Shown: positions 17,684-27,387, counted from the first letter of the stretch. The stretch: DNA of 64,000 nucleotides from Negativicutes bacterium (GCA_963665275.2 CAXXIN010000003.1:64001-128000); one strand, 5' to 3'. The notes: generated by a model from the letters alone, not told the origin. Program-made: numbers and translations.

Positions 17684-18826
17684 TTATATATTGAATGGAG
17701 GCAAAACTGTGTGAAGGTTCATCTCATCTTCTAATAATTTCAATTCATAATCGACATAGTCACTTACTAACTTATGCGCTACAAACTGTTCAAACTTCTT
17801 TGGACCCACATACTTGCGTAGTCCTGGAGCTATTACATAGATTAGCCCTTCACCGCTGATTCCTTCCCAATATCTTGGCTCATTCGAAATCTCTATAACC
17901 GCATTTTGAACTTCATAAAAAGATGCATATAAAACTAACTTGTTACTTGTTCTGCGGATATGCAACAGATGTCCTCCTGGCCAAGTAAGAATACCTTTTA
18001 AATGCGAATCGGATATTTGAAAGAAGTTCGATCCATGAATCGGGATAGTTGCTCTGATTGCAGCATCTCTTGTCCACATTGCCTTTCTTAACATATTTGC
18101 AGAATTACTTGTTTCATATCCGCTCTTCAGAAGGATACTTCCAAGGCCCAAAGCAATTTTTGCCAAAAACCTATCACCGTAAGAAATACCTATTGCTGCC
18201 TCGACTTCATGGTGCTCCCCGAGCAAACTTATTAGATCCTGGTGAAGAGCGTTCAAACTATGAGGAATATCAGAAAAATCACCGCCCGGAGGAGTTGGTC
18301 CATTTCCTAAGAATAACTCGGATTTCCTAAATTGCTCCCGAAAAGATAATAATATTGTCGGGTGCCATTCAGGGTTATTTGAACGAACAAATATAAATGC
18401 AAACCCTCTGTCAATATTAATATTTCTCGCATATGTTGGTACTCCTACCATAGGAGTAGTATTAGGCTCCGCCGGATAAGGTTCATGGAAGTGATAAATC
18501 GTATCACCCGTTGGTCCGATCCACAATTCACAGATTTTCCCTTCGTAATCCATTTTTTTGATAATTCCCATATACGACAAAGGAAGGATGAGATTACTAT
18601 CGATATTCGCATATTTCATTATAGCGCTCGAACGATAATTCTGGTTCATCCAACTTTTTATAAAAGGACCATCAATATACGTACCGGCTAAATTATTGCA
18701 ACGTGTGCACACGTTCCTGATTGCAAATGGATTCTGTGGCGTAAGATTTCCACCTAGAGCCTGAGGAATTACATGTTCTTTAGAAAACAGTTCATTTTCC
18801 AATCCGCAATACAAACAAATTGACAT
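17684..18826 (-). CDS. HNH endonuclease domain protein
   Basis: CLYCG...SKEHVIPQALGG...NVCTRCNN at N-terminus. Confidence 0.85.
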   Translation of the reverse strand: MSICLYCGLENELFSKEHVIPQALGGNLTPQNPFAIRNVCTRCNNLAGTYIDGPFIKSWMNQNYRSSAIMKYANIDSNLILPLSYMGIIKKMDYEGKICELWIGPTGDTIYHFHEPYPAEPNTTPMVGVPTYARNINIDRGFAFIFVRSNNPEWHPTILLSFREQFRKSELFLGNGPTPPGGDFSDIPHSLNALHQDLISLLGEHHEVEAAIGISYGDRFLAKIALGLGSILLKSGYETSNSANMLRKAMWTRDAAIRATIPIHGSNFFQISDSHLKGILTWPGGHLLHIRRTSNKLVLYASFYEVQNAVIEISNEPRYWEGISGEGLIYVIAPGLRKYVGPKKFEQFVAHKLVSDYVDYELKLLEDEMNLHTVLPPFNI

Positions 18827-18889
18827 ATCAAACTCCTACGCAAGCTTCTTGCCTTACGGTCGCACTCAAGATCGTGATAAGCTTGCTTT

Positions 18890-20497
18890 TCAACCAGATA
18901 GATATTCGTATACTGCCGCCATTGCAGAATTATGCATCATTCGGGCGCGTTTTTCGCCGATTAAAGCTACCGTCTGCAGTTGATTCTCGGAAGCGTTAAT
19001 TACATCACCAATGGAGTTAAGGTGCAATTCTCGCAGCTTTCCCTTCAAAAACGGAGTCAAATCTAAAACATCAGCGGATGTTTCGAGCCTAGACCGAAGC
19101 ACTGCGTTCATGTCTGGATCATTAATTTCAGAAGCACTCAGTGGTAAATCAGAATAAGCACTATTGTTCATTCCATATTCAGACATACGTCGAGGATCGA
19201 GTCCTTTTGCAATGTCAAAGCCAGATGATGCGGCCGCTTTTTCGAGTGATATCAAGCATCCCAAATTGACAATATACCTAGTCCCTATCTCTGATCTTGT
19301 GGCTTTAATGCCTGTTCCATTTTCATTAACTATGCCAGTATAAGCAAGCAAACGAATCGCTTCATGCACTGATTGCGGAGCCTTTCTATGAATCCAGAAG
19401 AAGCAGGTGGTCTTTTTATCACTTGCTAAATATTCATTGTTTTTCTTCTGTAACTCAGGCAATATGTCTTCTTCAATGAATTTGCGCCCCCAATTTATTA
19501 ATTCTTCATGTCCGGTGTATTTCCCACCTAACGTAGAATGTTCACTCCAAATATCCGTTCGGAAATACTCACGGATAACCTCATTAACTTGTTGACTATT
19601 TATTTTTTGAGCTTTAGAAACAATTTTGATCAATATTCTCGGGTTTCCTGTTGACGCATAGGCTAATACCGCAAAATTCTTCCCGTTTTTCGCAATATTT
19701 GTAGCGAGGTTGCTATCAGCGCGTTTCATGATGATTTCTTTCATGTTCTCAATATAATTTGGTAATAGAACATTTCTATCAACAGATATCATTGTTGCAT
19801 CATGCGCCGGCTGGAAAACATCACCGTAGTAAGTAACTCCAGGGTAAACAGCTGCATTACATGTTATTCTCGGACCCCGCATGTCTCTAAATAGAGTAAA
19901 AAATTGTCGTTGTTGTTCAGGTATAAATATATGGGCTGCCTCGTCGATAAATAAAGCAAATCGTTTTATTTTTATCAAACCGCACATATCATCAATAGCG
20001 CATTTAAATTCTTCAATGGATGGAATGCTTGAAGTATCGATGTTGCTTGAAAAATTTTTCCACGAGTCTTCAAGCTTCTTTGTGATTTTCTCCATAGGCG
20101 TATCCCCTGAAATATCTCTTAGCCCTCCAGTTAAGACTGACGTAGTCGCACATGTGGGCAATATGATTCCTTGAATACTCAGACTCCTAACTATTTGAGA
20201 ACATATGCGAGCCAACATCCAATATTGAAAGCGTTTAGGATCTGAAGTCTGGATAAGCGAAGACTTAGTAAAGGTCAAATATACCGGAAATATCCTGTCT
20301 TGAGCAAAAGACGCTAATAATTCTGCTTCCGCGACGCGAAGCAAAAACGTTTTCCCTGCCCCTCGGCTCGCGATCAAAATGGTTGGATTAATCGACTTGA
20401 GTTGATTTACCAACAGTCTATCTTGTTCTGTTTCAACAAAATACTCCATTATTTCATCAAGGGTCAAATCTTCGGTCCTATATGACATATTGCTCAT
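18890..20497 (-). CDS. P-loop ATPase (ORC/CDC6/STAND-like) with C-terminal RNAP alpha-CTD-like HhH domain
   Basis: Walker A ASRGAGKT, Walker B LFIDE, STGNPR motif; C-terminus DVLDLT...SIGDV...SENQL...IGEK. Confidence 0.75.
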   Translation of the reverse strand: MSNMSYRTEDLTLDEIMEYFVETEQDRLLVNQLKSINPTILIASRGAGKTFLLRVAEAELLASFAQDRIFPVYLTFTKSSLIQTSDPKRFQYWMLARICSQIVRSLSIQGIILPTCATTSVLTGGLRDISGDTPMEKITKKLEDSWKNFSSNIDTSSIPSIEEFKCAIDDMCGLIKIKRFALFIDEAAHIFIPEQQRQFFTLFRDMRGPRITCNAAVYPGVTYYGDVFQPAHDATMISVDRNVLLPNYIENMKEIIMKRADSNLATNIAKNGKNFAVLAYASTGNPRILIKIVSKAQKINSQQVNEVIREYFRTDIWSEHSTLGGKYTGHEELINWGRKFIEEDILPELQKKNNEYLASDKKTTCFFWIHRKAPQSVHEAIRLLAYTGIVNENGTGIKATRSEIGTRYIVNLGCLISLEKAAASSGFDIAKGLDPRRMSEYGMNNSAYSDLPLSASEINDPDMNAVLRSRLETSADVLDLTPFLKGKLRELHLNSIGDVINASENQLQTVALIGEKRARMMHNSAMAAVYEYLSG

Positions 20498-20502
20498 TTT
20501 GT

Positions 20503-21225
20503 CTATCCTCCTATAGTCCCGCCGAATAATGCCCTTACCGGTGGTAGATGGTTTAACTCTCTACAGATAACATCTTGTATTTTCCCGAGTTTATCTTTTT
20601 CCATAAGAGACAAATAACGAACTGAATAAGCATAGAAAACAACAAGTGTTATACTTCTGACCTTATCATGCCATTCGTCAAAAATTTCTTGGGAAAAATT
20701 GGTCTCGCGCGGCAATTTATTTGAGGCAATATAATTTCCATGAATGTATTCCGAGCATTCTCGATAGATTTTTTCCGCTATTGGGCAAATACCTTTGGAT
20801 TCCGATTCTAATGATTCAAAAAATGCTCTGGCAAATTTTTTAGAAAATACACCATTATCCAAATCAATAATCTCTTTCCAGAAAATATCCCGTTGCTCCA
20901 CCATCCATGTGCGCAATTCGATTTCTCTTGCGGAAAACAATATGCCGGCAAGCGTTAGTTCTAAGAAAAATCGCAACCCAGTAAATGCATAACGATATTG
21001 ACCACAGCCTAGAGACAAAAGCGCATTGTAATATTCGTCTTGCGCTTGTTGAAATATCACTATTTCCGGTTTGTCCGACAAACAATCAATCAACCGTCCG
21101 TAATCAAGCAATACAAGAAATGATTTGTTCATTTTTAATAGATTTTCATCTGTAACAGATACTTGAATATTTTCTTTTGCTTTATCCATAAATATTTCAT
21201 AAATATCTTTACATTCTATTGTCAT
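20503..21225 (-). CDS. HEPN-like helical protein (putative RNase)
   Basis: GQYRYAFTGLRFFLE and YRECSEYIH (R-x6-H); GGAG RBS before ATG 21225 (ORF track starts at 21258). Confidence 0.65.
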   Translation of the reverse strand: MTIECKDIYEIFMDKAKENIQVSVTDENLLKMNKSFLVLLDYGRLIDCLSDKPEIVIFQQAQDEYYNALLSLGCGQYRYAFTGLRFFLELTLAGILFSAREIELRTWMVEQRDIFWKEIIDLDNGVFSKKFARAFFESLESESKGICPIAEKIYRECSEYIHGNYIASNKLPRETNFSQEIFDEWHDKVRSITLVVFYAYSVRYLSLMEKDKLGKIQDVICRELNHLPPVRALFGGTIGG

Positions 21226-21701
21226 AATTTCTCCAGATTTTCTATCATAGAATCTCATATTTCAGCCTCTCAACCCAACTCATTATGTAAGCTTGGCTTT
21301 CTTTCATGGAATGAAAATTCAACGTCACCGCTCTATTTCCTTTACCTGCCTATCAAAAGTTCTACCTTATGGCATGCTGATTTATTCTTTAACAAGAACA
21401 GTCTCTCTCCTCCACAAACCATTTTCCTCGTCATCGAACAAACATACTTCTTTCCCCAGAAGCTGGAACCAATACCGCATCCCCTCCGGTGCCCTACAGT
21501 GACGGTGTCATCCTCGCGTCCATCACCCGGTTGAGCTCCTACTGTTTGCCGCTGACCCACCACCAGGGCCAGCGGCTTTGTTTTTCCATCTGGATATTGG
21601 AGGGCAATGAATTGCTCTTTATACCATAGGGGCACCTTCAACATGCAAGTTGACCCATCCGTTACAACTCTTTTCCCAAACGCAACTTTAGGATACGTTA
21701 T

Positions 21702-22271
21702 CTATTCTCCAGCGTGCTTCAAAGGGATTATCCCCAATTTTACGCGATACTCTTTATCTTTATAGTCCTTCGCAACGAGCCAGACATCCTGCTCTATAAT
21801 GGGGAAATCATTTACATCCAAACAGCTCTCTAAGTCAAAATGATACATCGTTCTTGGCATAAAATTCAATACCTTGAGACTATCATAAAACATCACGGGC
21901 CCAACCTTCCGCCCCGTATCCAAGTCCTTTACATCGGCACGTTTTCTTCGATTATCTGTATTGTATTCAATTACAATATCGCGAAGGCTATTAGGTACCT
22001 CGGTACAGTTGAATACATCCAATGAAATTTTTATAGATCCGTGTGAAATATCATCGTCTAAATCAGCCGGTACCAACCCACCCATCTCATCTGACTTAAA
22101 ACACGGCATTTCAAAATTGGATACGTAAAAAACCAGGTCGCCGCGTTTCAAAAAACATTGGATAATTATGGCACCAAACGCTGCCGCTAAAGTGAAAAAT
22201 CCCGTTATAATATTGGGCCAGACATCTTTAGGTATCACAAGTTCTCCTTTATCGTCTCTTGACTGCAGCAT
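21702..22271 (-). CDS. Hypothetical protein with one N-terminal TM
   Basis: 189-aa ORF, IITGFFTLAAAFGAIII. Confidence 0.55.
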   Translation of the reverse strand: MLQSRDDKGELVIPKDVWPNIITGFFTLAAAFGAIIIQCFLKRGDLVFYVSNFEMPCFKSDEMGGLVPADLDDDISHGSIKISLDVFNCTEVPNSLRDIVIEYNTDNRRKRADVKDLDTGRKVGPVMFYDSLKVLNFMPRTMYHFDLESCLDVNDFPIIEQDVWLVAKDYKDKEYRVKLGIIPLKHAGE

Positions 22272-22359
22272 TTCCTATACATTATTGCTAACTAATCATT
22301 TTTGTACCTCCCTTGACCACTGTTGCAATTTCCACTTAACCATGTGCGCATATAAATAA

Positions 22360-23226
22360 GCCAGTTTTCAATTGATTAATTGATCTAAAACAGGATATAT
22401 TTGTTTGAGGGGTTCATAAGAGATACTCTGCTTTCTATCTTCTACATCAAAGTTTATATTCTTAATAGTGGCGTTGTTTTTTTTGCCAATACATCTTGAG
22501 TCGCTCCTGATTCAATACTATCGTAAACACATTAATAGGAGGCTGATTACGATAATCCATCTCGAACACATTAATCCAAGAAGCAATATCAACAGGCCGT
22601 TTACCATCAATTGGACACATTTGAGGGACCTTGGGAACAATATCTATTGCATACTTTTTATTATGATGCTGAATGTAAATCACTACGCGACCAAAGTTCT
22701 CAGAATACCACTGTCTTAAATCATCAGTTGAATATCTTTCAAAATCATTTAGGCTTTGCCCTAATGAATAAATTATCCAGTTAATTATTGTAGATTTTCC
22801 AGTGCCTCTTGCACCAATTAAGCAATTCAAAGATCCGTTAAAACGCAAGTAGTACCAGATATTATCAGCCATCCCCATTGGCGAATCCCAAAACGCCATC
22901 CCCACTATATATGGATACTCTATTCCCTCTGGTTTGCCTTTTAATACTCGCAAATCAGGATCTCTCAGCGCATATTTCACTCCAAAGAAATCGGGCTTTG
23001 TCATCTTAAGCCATATGGTGTTCTTCCCAATTTTTTCAGGGCAATGCGCATCTGAATCATGAACAAAAGCCATCATATTCGTACGCTTATATGTTCCATT
23101 TTGAATTTCTTTGAATAACTCTTTTTCTTTCTCTGGATCCATCACTGCCAATGCCGAAACCTTATCATCTGTAATTATCCGTCGTATATCAGGTTTACTA
23201 AAAGCAGAGTTCCGCTTCTCTTTCAA
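22360..23226 (-). pseudogene. Fragment of PHP-phosphoesterase + ATPase protein (Ppl/TrlF-like)
   Basis: SDAH...IG...WLKMTKPDFFGVKYALRDPDLRV followed by FNGSLNCLIGARGTGKSTII; both ends missing. Confidence 0.7.
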
Positions 23227-23301
23227 GCTGTTCAGCTACCTGCCGAACCTGGCCAATGTCCCCGCTCATGACCGCTGCCTGAAGCCTCGTGTAGAGTTCC
23301 G

Positions 23302-23511
23302 CGGCAAACGTTCGCCACACTTATGGACCGCTCAGAGATTTCCGACGTCGATCTATCCCGACTGCTCGGTCACACCAAGGTATGCACAACCAAAAACCTT
23401 TATACCCACGCGTTGCCCGGAGCCGATGACTTAGCGGCATCTACGATGCAGAACCTCATCAAACCCAACGGAACAGACGCTTTACCGCCTACTGGCACAC
23501 AGCCCTCCTAA
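23302..23511 (+). pseudogene. Tyrosine integrase C-terminal remnant
   Basis: RQTFATLM...LSRLLGH..V.TT...YTH, pointing toward selC. Confidence 0.8.
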
Positions 23512-23529
23512 AAATGAAAAATGGCACAT

Positions 23530-23563
23530 AAAAAAGACCGCTGGCGATCATGCCAGCGGTCTT
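23530..23563 (-). terminator. Intrinsic terminator downstream of selC
   Basis: aagaccgctggc-gatcat-gccagcggtctt with T-tract on minus strand. Confidence 0.8.
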
Positions 23564-23573
23564 GATTTATAAG

Positions 23574-23671
23574 TGGCGGGAGCGTGTAGGAATCGAACCC
23601 ACCCAGGACGGGGTCACCGCCCCACACACGGTTTTGAAGACCGGGGAGACCACCAGGCCCCATGCGCCCCC
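23574..23671 (-). tRNA. selC: tRNA-Sec (anticodon UCA)
   Basis: 98 nt; 8-nt acceptor, 6-bp D stem with 4-nt loop, CTTCAAA loop, long variable arm, GTTCGATTC, G73-CCA. Confidence 0.95.
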
Positions 23672-23722
23672 ACATACTATTACATTTTACATGAATTACG
23701 AGCGTTCGACAAGATTTCTCCG

Positions 23723-23947
23723 TTATTCGCCGACAAATTCAAATCGAGCGAATACCCTGCCGTCCCGCTCAACGGTTTCCAGAAACATTGCTGCCGAGCG
23801 AACCCATAATCCGCCTTCGCCATACAGTGCCCGGTATACGACCATCGGTTCACAAGTTTCGCTATGCTTCGCGATTCCGACCACTTCGTATTCACCGCCC
23901 TTGAAGTGCCGATAGCGGCCGAGCTTTATCTCGTTCATCATCTGCAC
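23723..23947 (-). CDS. DUF1653 domain protein
   Basis: GRYRHFKGGEYEV...HSET.E.MVVYRALYG...WVR...F. Confidence 0.9.
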   Translation of the reverse strand: MQMMNEIKLGRYRHFKGGEYEVVGIAKHSETCEPMVVYRALYGEGGLWVRSAAMFLETVERDGRVFARFEFVGE

Positions 23948-24720
23948 CCCCGTACGACGCCATGACCTGTGGGCCGCGCGAATCCCAGCTCCGCATGATC
24001 CTCTCGGAGCAGCACTTCCGCCGGTGTTCCGCAGGCGGCCACCCTCCCGTCACATATTGCCACCACCAGATCGGCCCATTCCAGCACCCAGTCCATGTCG
24101 TGTGTCGAAATAACCAGCGTTTTACCGGACTTGTGCAGTCGGTCGAGAATGCCACAAAGGTTGAGAGTGCCCGCATAATCGAGACCCGCTGTTGGCTCAT
24201 CCATGACCAGAACTTCGGGTTCCATCGCCAGCACACCAGCGAGCGCCACCCGTTTCTTTTGCCCTGGACTGAGAAAGTGCACTGGATCTTCCAGATATTC
24301 CATCATCTCGACCGTTTCCACCGCTTTCCGGGCAGCCCGCTCCGCTTCCTCCAGCGTCAGTCCCATGTTCATCGGGCCGAACAGCACATCATCGAGCACT
24401 GTGGGTGCGAACAATTGCATGTCCTGGTCCTGAAAAACCAGGCCAATTTTTTGCCGCAGCCGGTTCACCGACTTTCGTGAATAATCATAGGGTGTACCCT
24501 GAAAATAGAGAGCACCAGATGTCGGTTGTAAAATTGCGTTGAAATGCAGGAACAGCGTCGATTTCCCGGCGCCATTCGGGCCGACGAGCGCGACTCGGGC
24601 TCCGGACGGAATAGCGATATTCAGATCTTTCAGTACCGGCTTGCCGGACTGGTAGTTAAAACAGACGGATTTGGCTTCCAGAATGGGAACTGACGACATG
24701 AGATTTTTTCCTCCGATCAA
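23938..24720 (-). CDS. cbiO: Cobalt ECF transporter ATPase
   Basis: GPNGAGKST, LSPGQKKR, MDEPT; cbi operon context. Confidence 0.9.
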   Translation of the reverse strand: MIGGKNLMSSVPILEAKSVCFNYQSGKPVLKDLNIAIPSGARVALVGPNGAGKSTLFLHFNAILQPTSGALYFQGTPYDYSRKSVNRLRQKIGLVFQDQDMQLFAPTVLDDVLFGPMNMGLTLEEAERAARKAVETVEMMEYLEDPVHFLSPGQKKRVALAGVLAMEPEVLVMDEPTAGLDYAGTLNLCGILDRLHKSGKTLVISTHDMDWVLEWADLVVAICDGRVAACGTPAEVLLREDHAELGFARPTGHGVVRGCR

Positions 24721-25475
24721 TGTGAAAGCCAGATGGACACAACAAAAAAAGCCACGATGAAGGTGAAGCGCACCGGCGCCAGACGTTGCGGCGGATAGCG
24801 AAAAACCAGCCGCTCCGTATAGTTGCGCGAGGATAACCCGATGAACAGGTCCCGGGCCGTGATGAACGATTTTCGACCCAGATTGGCGGCTAAAATGCCG
24901 ATCGACCGCAAGGACCGTGACAGGTTCGAGTACCCCAGCCGGGATTGTTGGGCTGTGTAAATCTGCGCCGCCGTGTTCAGGATCACGAAGATAAAGCGGT
25001 AGGCCAGTAATGCAACCTCCAGGACCGGACGCAAAAACGGGATGCGTGAGGCCCAGGCCGTCAGGTAGCTAACCGGAGTCGTACCAGCCAGCAACAACAG
25101 ACAGGCCGACGCAGCAACCGAGCGCAACAGGGTTGCCTCCATCGCCGATCGCCCCGCCTCCGTCACTCCGACGTAAACAGCCCCCATGTGCAGGCTCCAT
25201 ATCGCAGGAAACGGTTCCAGCGAAAAACTGAACAAAACTGTGGCAACCGCCATCAACAAAAACGGCAGCAATGTGCCCCACAACCTCAGCCAATAAACGA
25301 TAGGCATGCCTGCCCGCCAGAGAAGGGCGGACATAAACAGGAACACCGCCAGATTCACCGCCTGCAGGCCGGAACTGACGGCCAGCAGTAACCCACCCAA
25401 GCCCACAGCCAGTTTTTCCAGAATGCTGATGTGGGAAAACCGATTATGGTACGACAAAAAATCCAAATACAGCAT
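24717..25475 (-). CDS. cbiQ: Cobalt ECF transporter T component
   Basis: YRFIF, AQQSRLGY, LSSRNY motifs. Confidence 0.88.
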   Translation of the reverse strand: MLYLDFLSYHNRFSHISILEKLAVGLGGLLLAVSSGLQAVNLAVFLFMSALLWRAGMPIVYWLRLWGTLLPFLLMAVATVLFSFSLEPFPAIWSLHMGAVYVGVTEAGRSAMEATLLRSVAASACLLLLAGTTPVSYLTAWASRIPFLRPVLEVALLAYRFIFVILNTAAQIYTAQQSRLGYSNLSRSLRSIGILAANLGRKSFITARDLFIGLSSRNYTERLVFRYPPQRLAPVRFTFIVAFFVVSIWLSH

Positions 25476-25481
25476 GAAAAC

Positions 25482-25766
25482 TCAAGCGGACCGGGAGGAC
25501 CGGCGACCACGCTGAAAACCAATCCAGTAGCCGATGAACCCAGCGCCGATTCCAGCCTGCACAGCGAACAGGAAGGACTCGACCTCAGCCGAAGGCGGCT
25601 TCCAGATGGAACTAAACCACGGTTGATAGCCCGGATTGATTTCGGCGACGACTCCCTGCACTTGATCATCCGCTCCACCGAAATCCGCACCGGCTTTCCA
25701 GATGAGGGGAAAGGCCACCAGGGCCACGACCAACAAAATCAGAATCAGGTTCTCGTGTTTTTTCAT
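25482..25766 (-). CDS. cbiN: Cobalt transport protein CbiN
   Basis: FGGADD...YQPWF...PPSAEVESFLFAVQAGIGAG. Confidence 0.92.
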   Translation of the reverse strand: MKKHENLILILLVVALVAFPLIWKAGADFGGADDQVQGVVAEINPGYQPWFSSIWKPPSAEVESFLFAVQAGIGAGFIGYWIGFQRGRRSSRSA

Positions 25767-26509
25767 GTCTCGTGTTCGCTCCCCTTCCACCAAAGATGGA
25801 TCAAGCCCTGTTCATTGTATCGCAGCAGCGTGTTGTAAACCACCACGCTGAGCAGCCCTTCGCTGATCGCTAGTGGAACCTGCGTCAGCGCAAAGACGCC
25901 GGCAAACTTCAGGAACGAGGCAGCCATGCCGCCGACCGGGTCCGGAAATGCCGCGCTCAGTTGCCCTGCTGTCACCATGTAAGTCGCCAGATCGCCGAGT
26001 GCCGCCGCCGAAAAAACCGCCACCTTGTCAGGCAGTCCTGCCGCTCGCACGCCGTGGAAAACGAGATAGGCTGTCACACCGCCGGCGACTCCCATCGAAA
26101 AAGTGTTCGCTCCCCAGGTTGTCAATCCGCCATGCGCCAGCAGCAGTGCCTGAAAGGCCAGCACGATACCGGCCGTGATCCCCGCCACCCAAGGCCCGAA
26201 CAATATCGCCGCCAGGCCGATGCCTGTCGCATGGGAACTCGAACCGGTAACCGAAGGCATCTTCAGTGCCGACAAGACAAACACAAACGCCGTGACCAAC
26301 CCGAGCAGGAGTTTGCGATCCGGATGGTCTTTCATCAGGCGGTTAATCTTAATAATCCCCACCAACACAAACGGTGCAACCGCCGCAAACCAAAACAGTG
26401 CGTGCTGCTGCGGCAAAAAGCCTTCCATGATATGCATGGCCTGCGCTAGATTCGGCAATGCCAACCCAGCTGCCAAGATCGACAAACATGTGATGATTTT
26501 CAAATCCAA
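25763..26509 (-). CDS. cbiM: Cobalt ECF transporter S component
   Basis: Leader then AMHIMEGFLP. Confidence 0.95.
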   Translation of the reverse strand: MDLKIITCLSILAAGLALPNLAQAMHIMEGFLPQQHALFWFAAVAPFVLVGIIKINRLMKDHPDRKLLLGLVTAFVFVLSALKMPSVTGSSSHATGIGLAAILFGPWVAGITAGIVLAFQALLLAHGGLTTWGANTFSMGVAGGVTAYLVFHGVRAAGLPDKVAVFSAAALGDLATYMVTAGQLSAAFPDPVGGMAASFLKFAGVFALTQVPLAISEGLLSVVVYNTLLRYNEQGLIHLWWKGSEHET

Positions 26510-26532
26510 CCCGACCTCCTTACGACCCCAGA

Positions 26533-27378
26533 TTATCTGTCAAACGAACGACGCAGGCCCGGGAACTCCGTTGCCTCCATCACGTGTTGACGATAAATTT
26601 TGCGGAAAGCCTGATTCTCGCCCAAGCCCCGCAGATACGACTCCACCTGATACCCGGCTTCCTTCAGCCTGTTCTGCCAGGAATCCTCTTCCTCGCCGGC
26701 CATGTCATTGATCGCATGATCACCTGCCACCAACATGAAGGGCATCAATACTACCTGACGGGCTTCTTCGCGCGCGAGCCATTGGAGCGCATCTTCCAAC
26801 GTCCGGCTGCCTTCCACCGTGGCAGTGAATACCGGCAGCCCCTCATTTTCCAGACGTTCCTGCAGCAGATCGTAACACCTGTCGGAAGTGTGCCCCGAAC
26901 CGTGTCCCATCAGAACTACCCGACCCCAGTGCGCCGGCGTGAAATCCGGCAGCTGCTGCCGGAGCGCTTGGACTGCGATCCGATAATCATCCGGGTATCC
27001 CGCCTCCGTTCCTTCATGGTACAGCAATGGCCGACCGATTTTCAGAGACGCAAAAACGCCAGCTCGCCGGAATGGTTCCATCGCTGCAACGAGTCGGTCA
27101 TATTCATCGCCGGGAATAATATGCGTCGGCTGCACGATGACTTCGCGGAATCCGTCCCGACCCAGACGTCCGAGTGCCGCAGCCGGCGGGTCGATCCAGA
27201 GACCCTCTTCCTCGGCGATTTTGGTGCGGACTATGCCTGAAGTAAAGGCGCGACGTACTTCCCAGCCGGGAAAGTGCTCCCGCAGGTCGTTTTCCAATCC
27301 ATCGATATTAGCAGTCCGGGTTTCCGGCACAGCCGTCCCGAAACTGACAACCAGAATCGCTCTTTTCTCTTGCATCAT
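26533..27378 (-). CDS. cbiK: Sirohydrochlorin cobaltochelatase
   Basis: LVVSFGT, QPTHIIPGDEY, MGHG, MLVAGDHAINDM. Confidence 0.93.
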   Translation of the reverse strand: MMQEKRAILVVSFGTAVPETRTANIDGLENDLREHFPGWEVRRAFTSGIVRTKIAEEEGLWIDPPAAALGRLGRDGFREVIVQPTHIIPGDEYDRLVAAMEPFRRAGVFASLKIGRPLLYHEGTEAGYPDDYRIAVQALRQQLPDFTPAHWGRVVLMGHGSGHTSDRCYDLLQERLENEGLPVFTATVEGSRTLEDALQWLAREEARQVVLMPFMLVAGDHAINDMAGEEEDSWQNRLKEAGYQVESYLRGLGENQAFRKIYRQHVMEATEFPGLRRSFDR

Positions 27379-27387
27379 TAACGCTCC

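Larger units (their letters stand above)
17427..23639. mobile_element. Degraded genomic island integrated in selC
   Basis: 66-bp terminal direct repeat, TGGCACA arm-like pairs near both ends (17610-17630; 23493-23529), integrase remnant, AT-rich cargo. Confidence 0.88.

Noticed and set aside
17684-20497. Septu (PtuAB) call for ATPase + HNH
   Set aside because: The ATPase lacks ABC-type signature features and has an HhH tail; the HNH protein is much longer than PtuB; a third HEPN-like gene is tightly coupled.
21265-21295. dif-like site (TTATGTAAGCT)
   Set aside because: Only the XerD-like half matches; no XerC-like half at the 6-bp spacing.
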